Notes under the pieces: generated by a model
Databases searched by the model: none
What the model saw: the letters and a program-made list of their open reading frames with translations, nothing else
Told to the model about the DNA's origin: nothing
NCBI GenBank assembly: GCA_043228905.1
Contig: JBHGNT010000003.1
Span: forward strand, 7,874,001-7,938,000
Reading direction: 5' to 3'
Length of the DNA stretch: 64,000 nt
From: Azolla caroliniana
Taxonomy: Eukaryota; Plantae; Polypodiophyta
Position numbers and translations under genes: made by a program
In this document: positions 12,278 through 23,356 of the stretch, in pieces
Numbering within the stretch: position 1 is the stretch's first letter
Layout of the letters: the number at the start of each line of letters is the position of its first letter

Positions 12278-15268
12278 ATGCCTCTTACCGCTTCAATAGA
12301 AACCTGCGCCTGGCTCCAGGAACGAGGAATGGGCGGTTACTTGAAGATCATCGATGCCCCCGCGTACCCAGATGCCCAAGGTGTGGCTAAACGTATTTGT
12401 CCCGAAGCCATCACCAACAACGTGCTTCGGGCTGTTTTGGACCTGCAACGGGGAGGGGACCATGAGGTCGACATACCCCCGGCATCGAAGATGAAAGAGT
12501 ACTTCAGTGAGTACTCAGCCTCAGGGAAGGCATATCGCACGTATGGCGGTCCCAACAGAGCTTTCAGGGAGATTGCTCGTATACTGATGGAGTATGTGTT
12601 CGTGCATACGAACCCGATGAGCATGCCGCAAAACAAGGCAACCATCATCATTAGCGCGTATGAAGGAAACAGAGTCGATTGGGGAATCACCACAGGCGAA
12701 GGACTCCGCGCTGCCTTAGCCTCATTCCAGTCCGGTAAGAAGATGTTGTCTGTTCTTACCCACTTTTTGATGGTTCTATACCCACCCTCTTCTCTTCCTT
12801 CCCCTCGCACACTCACGTCCCCACCACCACCACGAAGGCAGAGAGAGAAATTCATTACCATCAGCCACGAAGCATGGGAGGAGCCCACATCGCCTTCACC
12901 TCCCACCGCCGACCAAAACCCCGCATCTGTACCACCACCCACCCAACCCCAACAAAAAAGGGTAGTTTCCAAGACCTACCAAGAATGGGAGGAGGAGATA
13001 GCCGCGACGGACAACACGGCAGATGATGTCACCATTCGACAACCAACGTCGCGTCCCTCGGTAACTTCCCCAGGGCCTAGCCCACGCCCCAACACACAGC
13101 AGGCAGCACCACCACGACCCCAGAAAAGGAAGCAGGCGGAGGAAACGACACTATCGGCCTCGGAACCCCAAACCCAGCCGAGCAAGAGAAGACGACTCAA
13201 CCGCGAGTCCTCGACAGAACAGAAAGAGCCACAACAGGAGCAAGCCTTAGTTGTCAGACAGAGCAACCTGGCCATCATCCCTGAGGAGGCATCGCTGAAC
13301 CAGGGAAAGATCGAGCATGGGCAGACAATGCAGATCTCGGAGGATGAAGTCCTCGGGTATAAAGACCTCCCCGCGGAGGCTTACGAATTTAGTGCGCTCC
13401 TACGCCTCGGTACGACATTCGAGTTGGTCGACTTCCTCGCCAGAGCCCAAGTCGCGGCAGCCGCTCGAATGGCGGAAGAGCATGTCGAAACAAAAATGAT
13501 TCAACGCGCGCTATTAGGTGAAATTGAGCCCCAGGACGACAGGGCTTTACAAAAAATAGGGAGAAAGAAGCAAGCAAAACAGGCCGCTCTCCTCATGGAG
13601 GTCCCCGAGTTGAACACGACCTTTATCGAGGCATATAGGGACTTGGATCGCACTACGCGGGCAGCCAAAGACATGGCCCGAAAGATAAAAATAGCCCAAA
13701 AACAGGCTAAGATGGTTACGGAATTATGGCACGCTGCGAAACAGAAGCTGGTAGCCTGGGAGCAAAATCGGCCGGAACAACAACTCTTGAGCCTTCCAGC
13801 CACGACCACGGAGGCCCTCCCAGCCCCTCCACGCATAACAATGATGGATGAAAGCACCGTCACAGATTCAATCCTGACAATTCAGGCCAGCACACAAACA
13901 GACTCGTTACAAATGGTCGATGCCTGCACAACAACCGAGGCGGCCACGCCCATGGAGAAGACCGAGATACCACCCCCTCGTCCACCCAAGGAGGTGGCAA
14001 CCCAGACACAACCCCCGCTCCGGGATTACCGAGCGGAGCTTAAAGAAGAACAACAGCGAACCGAGAGACACGGACAACGTCATCAGGAGGCGATGGCTCG
14101 CCTAAAAGAAGAAGCTTCCAAGCAGATGGCCGAGATTAGAGCCCAGGCCGACCAAAGGATACACAAGCAGAACGAAGCACTGGACCGGGTACAAGCACAA
14201 ACCGCGGGCAAAGAAGCCGAACTCAAAAGCAAGCTGGAGGAATACGCAGCCACAGTGGCAAAGAAAGAGAAGGAGGTCCTAGACCTACAGGCCGCGCTCG
14301 ACAATGCAAAAGACTGGAACCACCGGCAGGAGGAAAGAAATCGCCAACGGGAGGAGAGAATGATCGTGGAGAATGCCGAGCTGCATAGTCAACGTACGAC
14401 CCTTAAAGAAATGGCTGATGAGTTTTTCATCAAATGCAAGCTACTTTCGGAGCAAAAAGACGAATTATCTGATTCCTACTTCGCCCTACAAGAAGAGAGA
14501 ATCGTCGAACGGGAACAAGTCCGGGCCGCGTGTCAAAAAGAATGGGAGAAAGCTACCAAAGAACTCACCAAGCATTACGAGCAGTTTATCTAGCTCGTAA
14601 CTGCGGATGCAAAGAACACTCAAGCCACCTATGAACTATTAGCAAAGAAGCTTCAGGCCGAGGTCGACGGCTTAAAACAGGAATTAGCAGTCGTCTGAGT
14701 ACAACCCGGCATGGATGAGACATGTATCAGAATACTGATTGAGAAACAACGCCAACACCTCACCAAAAAGGTCGAGGAAACATTAAGTCGCGTAGGAGAC
14801 GAATGGGCAACCCAAGCTACCGAATTGCATATTTTACGCGCCGACGCCGAGAACCGACGGAAGGAGGGCCGCGGCTTTTACAAAATGGACGAAGCCAGCA
14901 TACAAAACCTGCGTGCAGATTTAACCGAGGATTACCAGTCATTGGCAAAATCTCACACCGCGGCAATCGAGCAAATACTGGAGGACTTCAATGACGGTCA
15001 GATGCTGTTTCGCCTGGAAGCAGAAGCCTTCGAACGAGAACGACTCGCAGCCATCCCAACCAGCCCTCCAACGGCTACAGAGCAGAAGGAAGAACCTTCC
15101 AGCGAGGGGATCACGGACACGACACAGGAGGAACTTGCCCCAACCAACAGACCTCCCATGGACGCCCACACGGTACCAAACCCAATCGAAGTAGAGGTCA
15201 GCGCCCTTGAACCCACACCCCACCAGAAGAATCGGCCGCACCTGAGGCGGACGCCTAAGAAGATATGA
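12278..15268 (+). CDS. Extra ORF (ORF3) of A: conserved N-terminal domain, Pro/Thr-rich linker and long coiled coil; two in-frame stops (14591, ~14696)
   Basis: The 871-aa ORF and the 185-aa ORF share one frame; the start is placed at MPLTAS by homology to MPILVF in element B. Confidence 0.85.
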
Positions 15269-15452
15269 CACCCCCGGACCAAACTCAACCCCCCGCACCG
15301 ACAGTCCAACCAGACCACCCTGCCACCACCCCGGACCCCGAAAACATCCTCGACATCTTAAAAGAGGAATGAAACGAGGATCACGCCTAAAAGGTAATTT
15401 TTGTAATATTGTTAGTATTTTTGTAAGTCGTGGGTCCGACGGACAAGGTCCT

Positions 15453-15469
15453 GTCCCACGGGCGTGCCA
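15453..15469 (-). promoter_or_regulatory. Inverted PBS / tRNA-3'-end-like motif at the PPT position of A
   Basis: GTCCCACGGGCGTGCCA, then GG, then the 3' LTR; no polypurine tract. Confidence 0.8.
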
Positions 15470-15471
15470 GG

Positions 15472-15929
15472 TGTTGTCCAGAGGACAAAAATGTAAAATT
15501 AGGAAATTAGCAAACGTGGAGTCCGAGTATCACAGGCCACCGACGGCTCGGCTGTGTATTAGGGGAAACGTTATTTAAATGAGGACCAGTACCTCAGAGC
15601 GAGAGAGAAGAAAAATATAGGTGGAAGCACTAGCTTAGTCCCTCGAAACTAGATAATCTTGTAAGGTCACCGGCCGTAGGCCGTGTTCTGTAATCTTTTT
15701 TCTGTCGCAATAATATATCTGATTTATGCCCATTTTGCTCCATGTGTTTGTGCTTTGATTCATACCTATGATTTCAGCGCCGCCCACGCCTATCAAGATC
15801 TCGCTAGTGTTTTATCTCTGATCATTGTCTCTCTCACGACGCCTCTGTTACGAGCCTTCACGTACCACGCCCTTGAATACCGATAGCCGCAGATCTATCG
15901 AAGGTGTTCACCCAAAGGAATGGGTAACA
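15472..15929 (+). repeat. 3' LTR of element A
   Basis: Direct repeat of 5898-6355, same length. Confidence 0.97.
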
Positions 15930-15934
15930 GTTGT

Positions 15935-17640
15935 TCACATCAGATTTGACCATTGCTTCCTCACTGCCACCTTTCGTCTCTTGGGTCTTACATAGGTTAA
16001 TGGCCAAGTCTCTAGAACCATTGTGGGGAAAGTGTCTTCATGGTCGCCGTCTACCCTCTTCGCCCCGACGTCATTCTCCATGACTATCTCTTCAGACTCA
16101 TGGGCCTCGTACCCATTGACCCTCTTGATTGAGCAAGCCTTGATTATGCTCCCATCTTCGTCGCATGTATTAGCTTCGACCTTCGCTTCCTCTCTGTCAC
16201 CTTCCGTCTCTTGGGTCTCACGTTGGCTTTCGAACGCAACTGCCCAAGTGTCTGGAACAAGTGTGGAGAAAGTCTCGACATGGCCATCCGCCATTGACTC
16301 GTCCATATTCATCTTCGCCTTAACGTGGTTATTCGCATTGGCTTCAATCTTTGCTTCCCCGCCACTCTCCGTCTCTTGGGTCTCATGTTGGCTCTCGGAC
16401 ACAACTGCCTAAGTCTCTAGATGAAGTGTTGGGAAAGTCTCGACATGGCCATCCGTCGTCGACTCGTCCATAGCCATCTCTGACTCGACGTCGTTTCTCG
16501 TGGCTACCTCCTCAATCACGTCGGCCTCGCACTCTTGATCTCCCTCGATCACGCAAGCTTTGCTCATGCTTGCACCTTCATCACTCAATATTTTGGACCC
16601 AATGTGTGTTCTGAAATGCTTGTCCACTCTTAAAGTGACGTTTCCCGCTCTCGAGTCTTCAGCCTTATCCTTGATCGTTGTTTCTCCGCAATATGAGAAG
16701 GAAACTTGTTCTGCACCTTCTCTCTTGGTATTGTTGTACCGAATCTGAGCTTCTGTATCAGCCACTTCATTAACCCGCATTTTTCGGGACGTCTCTTCTT
16801 CCTCGATCACCATTTGCCTCAATTTTTGCTCCATTTTAAGCTCCTCTTCAGCATCAACTTGCGCCTTTAAGTTCTCGAATGCTTCTCTCATCAAAGCTTC
16901 TATGTTGAGTGTCTCCAAATCTTCACTTTTTGAGCTCTCTTCCTTCGGTGGTGGCGTGTTGCCACATCTCATCCTCCTTTGATCGTCCCTCATGGACCAT
17001 GATGTTGTCGATAAGATTCCCATCTTTCTCTTGTCATGTTGCCGACATACTCTTTCAACATACGCCCAATTTTCGGTGAGGCCATTTGCACCATCGTCAT
17101 CCTCAAGTCGGATTCCGATGGCCTTCCTTTCCTTAAGATCTATCGATTTCACGAACATTAGGACTTTATCCGCCCCCACCAATCTTTGATCCCGCTCTGA
17201 GAGTTGAGCAAAGCGACACTCAACCTCAACAAAAGCATGCATGGCACTATGGTGGGTCTTCATCGATGATACCATTGGTCGAACTCGTATAGGCTTTGTC
17301 TCTTTAGCTCTTTGTATCCATATGCCTCTCGTAAAGTTTCTTTGAACGACCCCCACGAGTCGTGAGTATCTTGAAGCTCTTTTATCTCTTCATAGATCGC
17401 TTCAACCACCACTCGACAAAAGTACTCCAGCCTCATTGCTTCGTTCACACCTCTTGAATCCATCTCAACATTGTAGGCTTTTAGAAAATTTTGGACTTCA
17501 GCACCGTTGAAATAACTGACTCGCTCGACCACGCTCTCGATGGCTTGTTGGGCCGCACCTTGTCGTTTTACTTTTCTTGAAAATTCCATCATGATCTCTG
17601 ACATTGCCTCCATAAGATATTCTTCATCCACCCCTACCAC
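15935..17640 (-). pseudogene. gag: gag-like ORF of element F with acidic repetitive tail (frameshift and stops)
   Basis: YFNGAEVQNFLKAY...WGSFKETLREAYG resembles the gag of element C; followed by repeated ETF.TLV..TWAV...Q.ETQETE units. Confidence 0.75.
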
Positions 17641-17643
17641 TCT

Positions 17644-17660
17644 TCACGTTGGGTTCACCA
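17644..17660 (-). promoter_or_regulatory. PBS of F (tRNA-Trp-like)
   Basis: Minus strand reads TGGTGAACCCAACGTGA, 6 nt from the LTR; tRNA assignment recalled, not searched. Confidence 0.75.
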
Positions 17661-17666
17661 AAAAGA

Positions 17667-18334
17667 TGTCATGAAGATGTGCGTGCGTGCTTCACTTGAG
17701 CGGGACCATCGGGGTCTCGGACCGGGGAGGACGTTCGCAAAATTGTTGAAAAGATGACGATGTGTATGTAGGAGTCGAGGAAACCAATGTCACATTTGAA
17801 AAGAACAAAGATTTTTATACTTGAGAAGAAGATAGATGTCAAGAAGAAGAATAAGAATAAGAAGAGTATTATATTGTTATTATTGATGATGATGATGATG
17901 ATGATCTCCAAATTGACCCCCTTTACACAAGCCCTACTAGGGTTTTTATAGCTCTCTTCATGTGCAAAACCATGGGCTTGGAACCGTGGTTTTCATGCAC
18001 ACGGTTTTGCTTGTGACATGAACAAAACAATAGGTTTAAAAACCATGGTTTTGTGCACACGGTTTTGTATATTTGTTTGCTATGGAATACTGAATATGAT
18101 AAGGAAATATACAAAATTTAGAGTACTTGGTAGTAGCTTTAGTGGTAAGTTAATTTCCTTCTATCTTGGACGTGCATGGTTCAAATCCTACTTGCACCTC
18201 TCTTTACGCACTCAATGCCATTAGGCCCTAGGGTTATTTATTATTGATTTATTTTCATTTTACAAGTATTTGTGTAATGTGTGTGGAACCACACCTTTTC
18301 ACTTTTTCTCCCACTGACGTGCAACATCATGACA
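17667..18334 (-). repeat. 5' LTR of element F
   Basis: TGTCATGAAG...CATCATGACA; same family as 4360-4932 and 46316-46825. Confidence 0.85.
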
Positions 18335-18559
18335 ATGTTATTGCAAGAGATATGGAGTGAAGCTATAGCCACATTAAAGAGCTAATACGATGGCATCACA
18401 TGCAAATCCAATGGAGCCGAAAGACAACGAGTACCCTTCATCCAACAATGGTTGAATCACAAAGAATTATGATTTACTATTTTCTTTTGAAAAACATATC
18501 GATTTCAAATATTAACATGATCACAATTCTCATCGTTTACTCCTTTTTACTTAAAGTGT

Positions 18560-19800
18560 GAGATATTAGGATTTAGAAAGATATAAGACTAAGTGTTAGA
18601 GGGAAGATTTTTCAAATTTGGTGTGATGAGTCTACAATTGACAATAATTGTGTTCAGTATGAACATGTGGGCCTGAGAGGTTTTCATAATGTAATATTTG
18701 TAGGGAATCAGTCCCAGATCAGTGAGAAAGACAGACTCAGAAATACACAATAACGCAAAAATAGAGAACAATAAGATAGACAAGAAACACAGTGCACATA
18801 GTTTTACGTGGAAAACCCTAACACGGAAAAACCATGGGAGAATTGTTCTTCCACTATACAATAGAGAATACAAAGAGATACACGAATACAACACTCTTCA
18901 CATAGAGTGTATCAGCCACACAACACTCTTGGTGTCTAAGCTCACACAACTATGGCGCCGCTCTCTCTATCACCCACTCTCCCTACACTCTCTGTTATTC
19001 TCTGTAGGAACTCTATTATGCGTTCTGTTCAACACTGTTCTACACTACACTAAAGTTTGCCCTAGGTGTATTTGTACTTATACATAGTATGGGCTATTTA
19101 CAAATATGTCTCTACTACTATCATTCCTATTGTTATAATAGCAGTTAATCAACCAACTAGTTGACTAGTCAATTCGACTAGCCAACTCTAGTGTGGGTTG
19201 TCCAGTTGGTTCAATTGGTCGGCCTTGCCCTCGACCACTTGGTCGGCCCGACTAGTTAGTCGTGTCTTCGACTTGGATCACTTGGTAGAAGACACGACCA
19301 ATTAGTCGGGCCGACCGAGTGGTCGAGGGCAAGGCCGACCAATTGAACCAACTGGACAGAGTCAACTCCTCCTTGTCTTCTACTCAACCCAAACAGTCGG
19401 CTCCCCCTTGTCTTCGACTGCCGGAGCCAAGCCCGAACAATCGGCTTCCCCTTGTCTTTGATTGTCGGAGCCAAGCCCGAACAATCGGCTCCTCCTTGTC
19501 TTCAATTGTTGCCTTTTTGTGTCTGACCAGTTGGCTCCTCCCATAGGAGGGACATATTCCTAACAATATTTTGATAATTTAAACTCCAATCCATATTGTT
19601 GGCAAAATCTCCAAAGTTTTTTGACAAAAGGTTAGTACATGTGAAGCAATGGTCATCTGTGGTTGATTATGATGTATTATTGAAACAACAATGCCCAATA
19701 TGGGTGCTTGTGGATTGTAATCAATCATTCTCGTGGTTCTTTGCTATCCCTTCAAGATCTATTCCATATTGTATTTGTGTCAGTAATTTTGGATCAAATG
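18560..19800 (+). pseudogene. LINE ORF1 (DUF4283-like) remnant interrupted by a solo LTR
   Basis: Joined across the TSD it reads EHVGLRGFHNVIF...KSPKFFDKRLVHVKQW...CPIWV, typical of plant LINE ORF1. Confidence 0.55.
18699..19565 (-). mobile_element. Solo LTR (867 bp)
   Basis: TGTAGGGAAT...ATTCCTAACA termini, perfect TSD ATATT on both sides, copia-type motif CTCCCATGGTTTTTCC on the minus strand. Confidence 0.92.
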
Positions 19801-20531
19801 TGGAGGATATCCAAATGACAAAAGGAATGCCACTAATGATATAGAAATAGGTAAAGAAGCATACCAAATTTAAGAATTAAGTTCTATGAGAGTTGGGATA
19901 TAGCCTAGGCCATACTTGTAATTTGGGGAAGGCCGTACAAGTAATTTGAGGGCAAATTGTTATAGAGAAGATAAGGCACACACCTAACAGAAGAATAAAG
20001 ATAGGCATAAGAAAAAAATAGCTAGAAGTGATGGGAAAAGCAACATATGTGAAGAAAAAAACAACAACAAGAAGACTGAGAAGAAAAAACGATGACAAGT
20101 AAACGAAAAAGCATTGGCAAGAGGGGGGCAAGAGAAGACATAAAAACAATGCCAAGAGTAGAGGATATCCTTTTAACTCTCATTGCATTACTTTTTGAAG
20201 GAGAAGTAGGCCTATAAAAAGGGGTATTTCATTCTATAGTGGGGGAGGAAGATCCATCCCACATTTGTTTAGGAAGTTGTTTGTCGAAGGAAAGTTTGAA
20301 TTGGGTGGTGTTAGTCTCATTGTCTTCCTCTTGAAAAATTCTATCTTTTAATCTTGTTTTCTTTAGATTCCCTTGAAGGTGTTGTGAATTTTAAACCTTG
20401 AGAGCTTTTGCCTCAAGGTTTTGAGTTGCTTCTCTTGTAATAGTAAGTTTTTGATAAAATCTAAACTTCGTACTATTCAATTTTGGTGGTTCAGTCCTCA
20501 AACTAGTGCAAGGGCTATCTTGCTCTTTATA
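19799..20531 (+). repeat. Possible degraded LTR
   Basis: A-rich U3-like segment, CCTATAAAAAGGG at ~20211, T-rich distal part; termini and TSD not resolved. Confidence 0.35.
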
Positions 20532-20749
20532 GTCTCATAAAATTGTTCCTTTTTCACCTCCTATTGATCATGATTGTCTCCTTGATGGGCATCATTGGAT
20601 TTTGCCCCATACATGAGCGCGATTGTCATTAGCTTCTTTTTTGTCAACTCCAAATTTGTTGGTCTTCATTCCAGTTGTCTTATTCTTGTTTCTAGAAGAT
20701 CTTCTCGCATCATCTCATTTTCCCACGGAATCGCTACCCACCACATGAT

Positions 20750-22764
20750 TGTCTCCTTGATGGGCATCACTAGCTTTTTCCCATACATGAGCTCGGTTGG
20801 CATAAACCCTGTTACTGAACTATGGGTGGTCCTGTCAACCCACAATGCATAGGGTAATAGTTGCAGCTAGTTCCCGACTCACCATTCACAGGCTCTTATA
20901 ATGGCCTTGACTACAAGCCATGCCCGCGCTCCACCTTTCCGTTCGCTTCTGGGTTGTAAGTAGTTGTGACAGAAAGCTTCACTCCAAGTCGTCCAAAGAG
21001 CTCTCTAACTTCATGAGCATTAAGCTCCCCCCTATCTACTACCATCTTTCCCATGTAGCCCTATTGGTAGATGACATCTTCAAGTAAGAATTTACACACT
21101 ATTGCAGTTGTTTTATTTCTTACAGCTCTTCCCTTTACTTGGTTTGTCATATTTTCTCTTGCTAGTACAAGATATTTCATTCGCCTCACGCCCATTAGCA
21201 TTGATACCAGTTCTACCATCCATTTGAAATGAACAGTGCGAGAGTAGGTCGGACGCAACTCATCTCTATGTCGTACATTTGAATATATTTGACAACTCTC
21301 ACAAGTCTCCACGAAATGCGTGACATCTTTGTACATTCTCGTCCACCAATATTTCTCTGTTAATTTTTTGAAAGTCACCCATATTTCTCTATGTCCTACC
21401 CAAAGACTTTCGTGAAATTCAAACTTCAAGATCACCTGATCCTCCCTCTTAATAACTATTCTTAGAGGTGTTTCCGTTTTTCTTTTTGGATGCTTCCAAA
21501 TATGTCCTTCTCGTAAGAAAGATTTGTAAGCCTTCCTTCGAATTTGTTGTGCTTCCTCCTTTGTCCACAAAAGGTATGCCGTCCTTGTCCTTAAGAACCT
21601 TCCTTTGTGTAGCCACTTGCCCTCATATTCTTTTTCCTTGAACATCGAAATCATATATGTACCTTCTATTTTAGTGGTTGTAGGAGCTATTTTGAAGAAG
21701 TCATGTTCTTCTTCATCATCCATCATTTCTTTAGCTTTCGTTCTATATCTAGCTCTAGACAACATATCTACCATGTGATTATCTTTTCTTGACACATGTC
21801 TAATTTCCGGATTAAGCGATTTGATATACGCTATCCAACGCAACCTGGCTATATCCAGTGTTGAGCATCCAGAGATCATCCCAAGGATTGGAAGGCAATC
21901 CATTTTTATGATTACTTCTGCCCCAATTAAGTAATCACATTCCGATTTCACCAATATTACAACCCCCCATAGTTCTCTTTTCACTTGGGTGTAATTCCTC
22001 CGCCTTTCACTTAAGGCCTACCCACCAAACCGGATCAAATATCGCTTCCCATCCTCATTCTCTTGATTTATCACCCATCCGATGCCAGTTGGATTGGTAT
22101 CCAAAATGACAAAGATTGGAAACCCAATGTTTCCTTAATGCTAGAGTTTTGAGTAGAAGTTCTTTCAGTTGCTTCATGGCCTTCGTGTATATTGGCTCCC
22201 ATTTGAACTTCCTCCCTTAGGCTATACAAGGGTTCAACCACATCAGCATAGTGCGGAATCTAGATATCGTAAAAGGCCCATGCTGCTAAGAATTTTCGTA
22301 CTTTGGTTTGTGTTTCATAATCTTCTTTCATTTCTTGTATAGAATTCACATTTTTAGGAGAGGGTTTTCATCCATATAGTCCACAAAGATGTCCAACTAC
22401 TAGAATTTCAGGTTGGCTGAATGCCAATTTTTCTTCGAAGAAAGTTAGTCCTACGCCGTCTAGTCTTTGTAGCACCTTTTCGTGGTCTTTAATGTGATCC
22501 ACGTCAAATATTTGACATCTATGTTGGTCTAAAGATTCGTTCTTCTCCGATTTTGGGCACCCTTTTATAGGAATATCATTGAGGAACCACCTATTTGCAT
22601 AAGGTGTGTTAGATGGCTCAAGGATTCCCATCTGAATGTTTTATTTCAACAACTCTACTTATTTCTGAATGCGTGCTCTTGTGACATGAATCAGCTTCAA
22701 GTTCCATGGCACATGGGGTATTGTGAAGATAACCATTGGCTCCACAAGTGTTGGGTCAACAAAT
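20750..22764 (-). pseudogene. pol: RT (internally deleted), RNase H and integrase of C
   Basis: 307-aa ORF with FHESLWVGH...CESCQ integrase zinc finger; RT reads NRWF|LNDIPIKG, so the RT core is deleted. Confidence 0.85.
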
Positions 22765-23240
22765 TGTTGTTCGGCCGACAACCGACTCGATCGCCGACAC
22801 ACAGTAGAGTTCGAACGTTTCGTACTGAACGTTCTATCAAAGAATTGTGGTTGTGCGAATAGATATTAAGTTATTGTAATCTTATCGATGTTACTTAGAC
22901 ATCAAGATCGTTACTTACGTAATATAGTCGTAGCAGAGTGGAAATAGATAATAGAAAATAAACAGTTGCACACCGAGATTTCCTACAACTTAACTTATAT
23001 TACTAAAAGTAAAACGAAAGATTTTACAATGCCTTCGGTTCCTTTTATAGGCAACCTGAATGACTTCCTCATCAAGAAATACATATTGCCTTATCGGCAA
23101 GAACTACAAAACTTGGAACTAACTTTAATTTTCGGTATTAACTATTATTTAGCCAAAATGATGACTCCTCGATCCTCTTCCTCGATCCGACTTCGACTTC
23201 GACTTCGACTCCGACGCTTCCCCACTTTGTCCGGGTAACA
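22765..23240 (-). repeat. 3' LTR of element B
   Basis: TGTTGTTCGG...CGGGTAACA on +; minus-strand TATA box GCCTATAAAAGG at 23041-23052. Confidence 0.95.
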
Positions 23241-23242
23241 CT

Positions 23243-23257
23243 TGGCACGCCCGTGGG
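23243..23257 (+). promoter_or_regulatory. Inverted PBS / tRNA-3'-end-like motif at the PPT position of B
   Basis: TGGCACGCCCGTGGG, 2 nt from the LTR, antisense to gag-pol; identical to the motif in A. Confidence 0.8.
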
Positions 23258-23356
23258 CCAGGGCCTTGCCCAAACGAAGCCACGATACCCTTCTATGTCA
23301 GCTGGTCGAAAGGAAGGTCCTCGTCCAATTCATCTTCAACGTCGTCCTGCAAAATA

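Larger units (their letters stand above)
5898..15929 (+). mobile_element. Element A: full-length non-chromoviral Ty3/gypsy LTR retrotransposon with an extra 3' ORF
   Basis: 458-bp LTRs with TG...CA termini, perfect 5-bp TSD GTTGT (5893-5897, 15930-15934), domain order gag-PR-RT-RH-INT, no chromodomain. Confidence 0.97.
4360..18334 (-). mobile_element. Element F: non-autonomous gag-only LTR retrotransposon (~3.9 kb without nested element A)
   Basis: Direct repeats 4360-4932 and 17667-18334 with TGTC...GACA termini; minus-strand PBS at 17644-17660; purine tract next to the left LTR; gag-like ORF but no pol motifs; no matching TSD found. Confidence 0.8.

Noticed and set aside
11978-14593. ORF3 as a captured host gene or envelope protein
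   Set aside because: It lies within the LTRs of both A and B, has no introns, and shows no signal peptide or transmembrane segment
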